Assembly: GCA_040005235.1 (NCBI GenBank)
Contig: JBDTZG010000004.1
Location: 32,001 to 96,000, forward strand
Reading direction: 5' to 3'
DNA from: Acidobacteriota bacterium
GTDB lineage: Bacteria; Acidobacteriota; Thermoanaerobaculia; Multivoradales; UBA5704
Length of the DNA: 64,000 nucleotides
Part shown: positions 59,108 through 64,000 of the stretch, piece by piece
Layout of the letters: every line of letters begins with the position of its first letter
How positions within the stretch are numbered: the stretch's first letter is position 1
The notes under the pieces: generated by a model
What the model was told of the DNA's origin: nothing
The model's input: the letters and a program-made list of their open reading frames with translations, nothing else
Database searches by the model: none
Translations under genes and position numbers: made by a program

Positions 59108-60346
59108 ATGCCCTCGAAGCGAGCAGCTTGGATCGGAATGTTCTGGGCACTCTATACCATTCGTGGCGGGTCGGACGAAGGAGCCAAGGTGTGGCGCGAG
59201 AAGATTTTTCCGGAAGATCGCCGGGCGGAGGTGAAGGTAGATGGAGCCTACGAGGTGATCGTTCTTGCTGAAGCAGGTCAGGTCGCGGCGGCCGAATCAG
59301 CTGTGCGTCAGCACGGGTCGGCGCCGTTTCCGGGCGGGATTCAGCGGGCGCGTCTCGAGCTGATCGAGGGAATTGCCGCGAAAGCGAGCGGGGCAGGGAT
59401 CAAGGCACTCGCCGAGAGCAAGGGGATCGCCAGGATTTGGATGGTGCCACGAGATCTCTTTGAAAATTATGTGCGAATCATCCAGGGACTTGGCTATGTC
59501 GTGGCCACCGATCCCGGTCCCGGACCGATCAATCTGAGCCTAGGACCACCGTCTGGAATGCTCCCGATGCCCTTCCAAGAGGGAGAACCGCTCAATCTCG
59601 CGACTCGCCGTGCAGCGGCGGCTGGCAAGTTGACGATTGTGTCCGCTGGCAACGACGGTCCGAAGCCCGACACCTTGAACCCTTGGTGCTTGGCGGACTG
59701 GGTTCTCTGCGTAGGAGCCGCCGCCGTGGTCAGCCAGAAGGCAGTCCCTTGGGAAAAATCCTCCAGAGGACGGCCCAGAGATTCGCGCTACCGACCCGGA
59801 GTCCTGGCGCTTGGGGTCGATGTGCTGACTACCCATCCTTCGGCCGTGCCGAAGACCGAGGAGATGAAAGCCGCGGAAAGACGAGTCGGATTCGATCGAA
59901 TGGTTGCCCCTGAGAAGCGGAGTGCTTACACCATCGTCTCAGGAACCAGTTTCGCAACTCCCGACGTTTCGAAGTCGGCGGCGCAGATCGTCTTTTTTCT
60001 CCAAAAGGCACTTGCTGTTGCTGAAGAGGAGAAAGACAAGGCCGAGCCCACGATGGCCACTCTCTACACGCACTTTCGCCTGGCAGAGCGCGACGAACTG
60101 GTACGCACGAAGCGCTTTGCCGGAACGATCAAAGACGTCGGCGGCGCCGTCGTGGCAATCTATCCTCTACGTCCGGACGATCCCTTGGTCGTGAAACAGA
60201 TCCTGCTGGACGCGGCGATCCCGATGCCAGGATTCGGGACGAATGAAGTCGGCAGCGGTCTGGTGACCTCAGACCACATCGCGAAGCTTTTCGGGAAATT
60301 CGGGCTCTGGGATCCAAAATTACTGCCGGTCAAGGTAATCGACTAA
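59108..60346 (+). CDS. Atypical S8 subtilase-like protein
   Basis: I9-like propeptide, INLSLG, SAGNDG, SGTSFATP; no recognisable DTG or HGT motif. Confidence 0.75.
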   Translation: MPSKRAAWIGMFWALYTIRGGSDEGAKVWREKIFPEDRRAEVKVDGAYEVIVLAEAGQVAAAESAVRQHGSAPFPGGIQRARLELIEGIAAKASGAGIKALAESKGIARIWMVPRDLFENYVRIIQGLGYVVATDPGPGPINLSLGPPSGMLPMPFQEGEPLNLATRRAAAAGKLTIVSAGNDGPKPDTLNPWCLADWVLCVGAAAVVSQKAVPWEKSSRGRPRDSRYRPGVLALGVDVLTTHPSAVPKTEEMKAAERRVGFDRMVAPEKRSAYTIVSGTSFATPDVSKSAAQIVFFLQKALAVAEEEKDKAEPTMATLYTHFRLAERDELVRTKRFAGTIKDVGGAVVAIYPLRPDDPLVVKQILLDAAIPMPGFGTNEVGSGLVTSDHIAKLFGKFGLWDPKLLPVKVID

Positions 60347-61026
60347 TGCCGGAGGAACTCTTGAACTATCGTACCCTGCAGGTTGTCGTCACCCTGGTCC
60401 TCGGTCTCTCCGTCCTCGCAGGCTTGGTCTTTCACCTTTGGCGGATCTCGCGGCCGGTCCAGAAGATTGAGGATCTGGCAACGGTGCCGCTTGCCGATGT
60501 CCTAGCAGCTGTCAAACGAGAGATCGAGGCGGCAACGCCGTATCTTTCTACTGAGGATCTGCCCCTAGCTTCGGTCAAGCTAGAGCTTCAGGTGGTCGTG
60601 CTCGAAGGAACCAGCGGCGAGGGCAAAGCCATGCTCCTGCCGTTAGGGATAACGACCAAAGCATCGGCCAGTGAGGTAACCAGTCGAACTCAAACGGTGA
60701 CCGTACTTCTCGAACCTCCTTCCCCGAACATTACCAAGTCGGAGATCGACCTTACGAAACTAGGCCTCGCCTCGGCGATCCGGGCTGTTCACGAGGGGTT
60801 ACGGTCGGGAATGAATCAACCGCCTCGTCTCGAACCGAAGAAGATTGAGATTGTCTTGGCTTTCGGGGTAAAAAGGCAAACCGCTTCGTCTTCGGGACTT
60901 GAGCTAAAGGCTTTCGGTGGAGCCCTTACGACCACGACAGACATTGACGCGACACAGAAAATAGAACTCGTTTTTGCGCAGGCGAAGACAGCCGTAACAA
61001 GCAAAGAGGTTTCAGGGTGGGATTGA
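60346..61026 (+). CDS. TM protein with tandem Trypco2-like domains
   Basis: VPLADVL..VK.EI..A...VKLELQV...TQTVTV.L.P, repeated as GLASAI..V...L...IE..LAF.V...TQKI.L.F; 1-nt overlap with the S8 gene. Confidence 0.6.
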   Translation: MPEELLNYRTLQVVVTLVLGLSVLAGLVFHLWRISRPVQKIEDLATVPLADVLAAVKREIEAATPYLSTEDLPLASVKLELQVVVLEGTSGEGKAMLLPLGITTKASASEVTSRTQTVTVLLEPPSPNITKSEIDLTKLGLASAIRAVHEGLRSGMNQPPRLEPKKIEIVLAFGVKRQTASSSGLELKAFGGALTTTTDIDATQKIELVFAQAKTAVTSKEVSGWD

Positions 61027-61098
61027 TCCGGAGGGGCGACGGGCCGGCGAGGCCGCAAGACTTCGCCAGCCGTATCCAGGCCTGCGCTTGTTGTCACT

Positions 61099-61689
61099 CT
61101 ACCCGGGGCTGACCACGATCCGGTTGTCGACCGACACCACGCCGTCCGTTTCGCGCGCAATTCTTTCCGCCGCGTCTTTCTGAGCGGCGGTCTTGGCGGT
61201 TCCTTTGAGAGTCACTCGGCCCCCCGCGGTGTCGACGTCGATCGAGACGGCCTTGACGTCTTTGTCGGCGATCAACCGGGCCTTGATCGATCCGGTCACC
61301 GTAGCGTCGGCGATCTTCTTCTTGGCGGTGTCGCCCGCCTGCTCGAGTTCCCGCTTGGCCGAGTCGCCTGCCTTCTCGAGTTCCTTCTTGGCCGAGTCGC
61401 CCGCCCGCTCCGCGGCGGCGGTGATGTCCTTGCCGGCCTTCTGGGCGCTCGCCGAGACCTCCTGACCCGCCTCTTTGATCGCGCCGCCGGCTTGTTTCAC
61501 CGCGGCCTTCGTTTCCTCAGCGGCCGCATTGCCCGCTGCGGTGACGGCTTCGCCCGTCTCCTTTCCCGCGGCCTTGATCGCCTCGCCCGCCTGGCGGGTC
61601 TGCTCCTTCACCGCGGGGTTTTTGCAGGCGCCCGCACCGAGCGCCGAGAGAACGACGAAAGCGGACAGCAGGAAGTCGGTTATTTTCAT
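61099..61689 (-). CDS. BON-domain (OsmY-like) lipoprotein
   Basis: AGAC lipobox, Ala/Lys-rich helix, D..VT..IKARL...IDVDT..G.VTL.G...GV..VDN. Confidence 0.88.
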   Translation of the reverse strand: MKITDFLLSAFVVLSALGAGACKNPAVKEQTRQAGEAIKAAGKETGEAVTAAGNAAAEETKAAVKQAGGAIKEAGQEVSASAQKAGKDITAAAERAGDSAKKELEKAGDSAKRELEQAGDTAKKKIADATVTGSIKARLIADKDVKAVSIDVDTAGGRVTLKGTAKTAAQKDAAERIARETDGVVSVDNRIVVSPG

Positions 61690-61772
61690 GAGGATCTCCT
61701 TCGAGTTGCTCCGGCGGGCCGGCCGTCGCAACGCTTCCCGGTGAATCTTGCATGAACCGGACCGCGAGCGCC

Positions 61773-61806
61773 AAAAAAAGGGGAGCGCGCCCAAGCGCGC
61801 CCCCCC
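61773..61806 (-). terminator. Rho-independent terminator
   Basis: A7 then GGGGAGCGCGC-CCAA-GCGCGCCCCCC, downstream of the 61818 gene. Confidence 0.7.
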
Positions 61807-61817
61807 GTGGGACTACC

Positions 61818-62123
61818 TTACGGCTGATCGTCGTTCACCTTCTCCGGAGCCGCAGGCGTCGGTTTGGGCTGGGTCGGGGCGGGAGTGGCCGCTTTCCGCG
61901 CCAATCTCGTCCGTGGACGCAGGCCGAACTCACGCAGGCGATCCGAATAGAGGGTGAAGTGCCCCTGGAGCATGCGCACGATCCGCCCATGATCGGTGAC
62001 GCATCGCACCTCAAGCTCTCGGCGGCGATGGGTCGCCTCCGCCAGCTCAGCTAGAAGGGTTTGCTTCTGCGACTCGAGAAAGCGGAGGATCTCCTGTCGC
62101 TCTTGTTCAGTCAGTCTTGGCAT
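61818..62123 (-). CDS. Hypothetical protein
   Basis: GAGG RBS, helical charged ORF, followed by a terminator. Confidence 0.55.
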   Translation of the reverse strand: MPRLTEQERQEILRFLESQKQTLLAELAEATHRRRELEVRCVTDHGRIVRMLQGHFTLYSDRLREFGLRPRTRLARKAATPAPTQPKPTPAAPEKVNDDQP

Positions 62124-62248
62124 CGAAATCCTCATTTTCGCGACGGTCTAAACTGATTTGGCCTATCGCGCTATGAACGCGGCGCGAGAATGCTCGGCAG
62201 TTTAGCGCGCGTCAGGCTTCGAGCGAGCGAGGTGGTTGCCGTGGAACA

Positions 62249-63526
62249 TCATTCCGCCCCCAACCACCCCACCACCACCCGCCCCACCTCCGGCCGGCTG
62301 AGCAGCTCCAGATGGTTCGCCCGGAACGCGATCCACTGGTTCCCCTCCGGAATCGCCAGCCGCCGCCGCTCGTCCGGGTGGTGACCCAACGCGCTTTCGG
62401 TGAGGACCAGGCCGTCTCCGATTACTCGATTGGCCAACGCCTTCCGGTCAGCCGCGGTGGTCGCCGCGATGGCGTAACAGTTAACCCCTTCCGGTAGGGG
62501 CACGTGCTGCCTTTCGTCAGCCTGGCGTTCAAAGCGGTCCCGCCCTTGCCAGTCTTCGTCGAGGAGGTTGCTGTAGCGGAGGTCGGTGATGCCCGCGCTT
62601 CGGAGATGACCGATCTTGGCGAAGGGGGCGGCGTAGCGGCCGAGGAGGACGTCCACCCAGTTGCCGGCTCGTTCGAGCGGGGCGCCGTGGTGGGGCGTTG
62701 CGAGGAAGACGATGTTCTTGAGGGTGCCGGGCCAGCGTAGCGAATCCTGTTGCGCGTAGTGGAAGGCGCTACGGGTTAGGAGGCCTCCCATGCTGTGGAC
62801 GAGGAGGGTGAGGTTTTCGATGGGCACGGGCCATTGGGCGACGAGCTGCTCAAGGTGTGCCGACAGCTCGCGGCCGTTTTCCGAGATGTGGCGCCCTGAG
62901 TTGTAGCGGACATAGACCGGCGTGTAGCCGAGCTCCGCGGCGAGGGTTTCGCCGTGATTGACGACTTGGCCCTCGCGTTGCGTGTGCCATTGCAGGTCGT
63001 TCATGCAGAGGCCGTGGATCAGGACGAGAACCTTGCCCGTGGCCTCAGGAATCGGAGGCAGTGCCTGCCAATTGAGCGCTTCGCCCGCCAAGCGAAACGT
63101 CATCGGGATGGCGAGAGAGTTGCCGCTCGTGGCCAGGCGGTCGCCCATCACTCCGTTCAGGGCCGCGAGGATCGCCTCTCGCTCCGGGGTCGAGGGTTTT
63201 GCTTCGTCTCGCGCGGCGAACCGCGGTTGCAGCCAGGAGAGCCCTCGATCCGTTCCCCTTCCCACTCGCCGGGTGATGCAGCGGATGCTGCGGAAGACGA
63301 AGCCGGTGATCCCGCGGGTCCGGCCCGGTTCGCCGACCGGCGCGCCCAGCCTGCTCCAGACCGAATGGTGAACCCCTTCGACGATGTCGGTGATCCCCTC
63401 CGTCCCCTCGGCGGCCAGTTGGGCGAGCGCGCGGAGATCGGAGGCCCGCAGGTGGCGCAGGGGACGTTTTGCGGCTTTGGCGTCGGGTGGGGGCATCGGA
63501 TCTTTCCGGTCCGTTGGGTCGTTCAT
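62249..63526 (-). CDS. Alpha/beta hydrolase (PGAP1-like)
   Basis: LIHGLCM, RYNSG.HISENG, HSMGG nucleophile elbow, TPHHGAPLE, GDGLV. Confidence 0.87.
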   Translation of the reverse strand: MNDPTDRKDPMPPPDAKAAKRPLRHLRASDLRALAQLAAEGTEGITDIVEGVHHSVWSRLGAPVGEPGRTRGITGFVFRSIRCITRRVGRGTDRGLSWLQPRFAARDEAKPSTPEREAILAALNGVMGDRLATSGNSLAIPMTFRLAGEALNWQALPPIPEATGKVLVLIHGLCMNDLQWHTQREGQVVNHGETLAAELGYTPVYVRYNSGRHISENGRELSAHLEQLVAQWPVPIENLTLLVHSMGGLLTRSAFHYAQQDSLRWPGTLKNIVFLATPHHGAPLERAGNWVDVLLGRYAAPFAKIGHLRSAGITDLRYSNLLDEDWQGRDRFERQADERQHVPLPEGVNCYAIAATTAADRKALANRVIGDGLVLTESALGHHPDERRRLAIPEGNQWIAFRANHLELLSRPEVGRVVVGWLGAE

Positions 63527-63623
63527 TTCCCCAGTCTAGGGTGTTTCGCGCCAGCCCTCACCCCCTGACCCGGAGGGCCGAGTGCCGCCCCCCGGCCCGG
63601 CCTGATATCTTCGCGCCGATCCC

Positions 63624-64000
63624 ATGCGCCGCTCTCCCGCCCTGCTGTGCGTCACCGTGCTCCTGATGGGCCTGTCCTGGAGCTTGTACAAAGTCCATTT
63701 TCCGCCCGGGCCGATCGGCGACGAGCCGGCGTACGTGATGATGACCCAGAGCCTCTGGCACGATCACGACCTGGTCTACGACCATCGTGATCTGCTGCGC
63801 GGCTACCAGGCGTGGGACCAGGGGCCGAACGGAGTCATCCTGTTCACCTCGGACGGCGGCAAGTCGATGTACTACGGCAAGCCCTACGTCTATTCGCTCG
63901 CCGCGGTGCCGTTCTACGCTTTGTTTGGCGTGCAGGGGATGGTGGTGTTCAACATGGCGCTGTTTCTCGCCATGCTCTGGGGGGCGATCTGGTTCTGGCA
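63624..64000 (+). CDS. Membrane protein, possible GT-C glycosyltransferase (partial)
   Basis: MRRSPALL...TM...GDEPAYVMMTQSL.HD.DL...YSLAAVPFY.LFG; runs off the window. Confidence 0.6.
   Translation, partial: MRRSPALLCVTVLLMGLSWSLYKVHFPPGPIGDEPAYVMMTQSLWHDHDLVYDHRDLLRGYQAWDQGPNGVILFTSDGGKSMYYGKPYVYSLAAVPFYALFGVQGMVVFNMALFLAMLWGAIWFW

Overview
GC-rich window whose gene content (an ADOP-type permease, PCRxxDTR C-terminal domains, Ser/Thr kinase-TPR, ACIII plus caa3) suggests an Acidobacteriota genome; this assignment is inferred. The backbone is a respiratory locus: alternative complex III (actA-G), SCO and an A2-type caa3 oxidase at 22.2-35.1 kb, with a divergent arm (periplasmic lipoprotein ... 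ctaA, ctaB, SCO) split by an ~18.6 kb accessory island at 2.3-21 kb. The island holds a cluster of partly decayed toxin-antitoxin genes and three unannotated lanthipeptide-like precursors with a lone LanC and an ADOP permease but no LanB. It also holds four eroded copies of a RAYT-like HUH transposase element ending in CCAGAAGAGGRTGGCACCTTTT, two group II intron remnants whose predicted EBS1 and 3' exon match that end motif, small secreted Cys-rich proteins, and an M12 metallopeptidase with six FN3-like repeats. The right half carries a Tat-signal SOD, three DinB proteins, TrxC, an Asp/Asn hydroxylase-sulfotransferase-TIGR03032 triple fusion divergent from a surface protein with an internal IPTL-CTERM, and Fic with a duplicated operator-like repeat. 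It also has GH44, a kinase, an M61 peptidase, a duplicated gene-junction cassette site, ~21-bp phased motif arrays, and an atypical subtilase paired with a Trypco2-like protein. All family calls are from motif recognition, with no database search.
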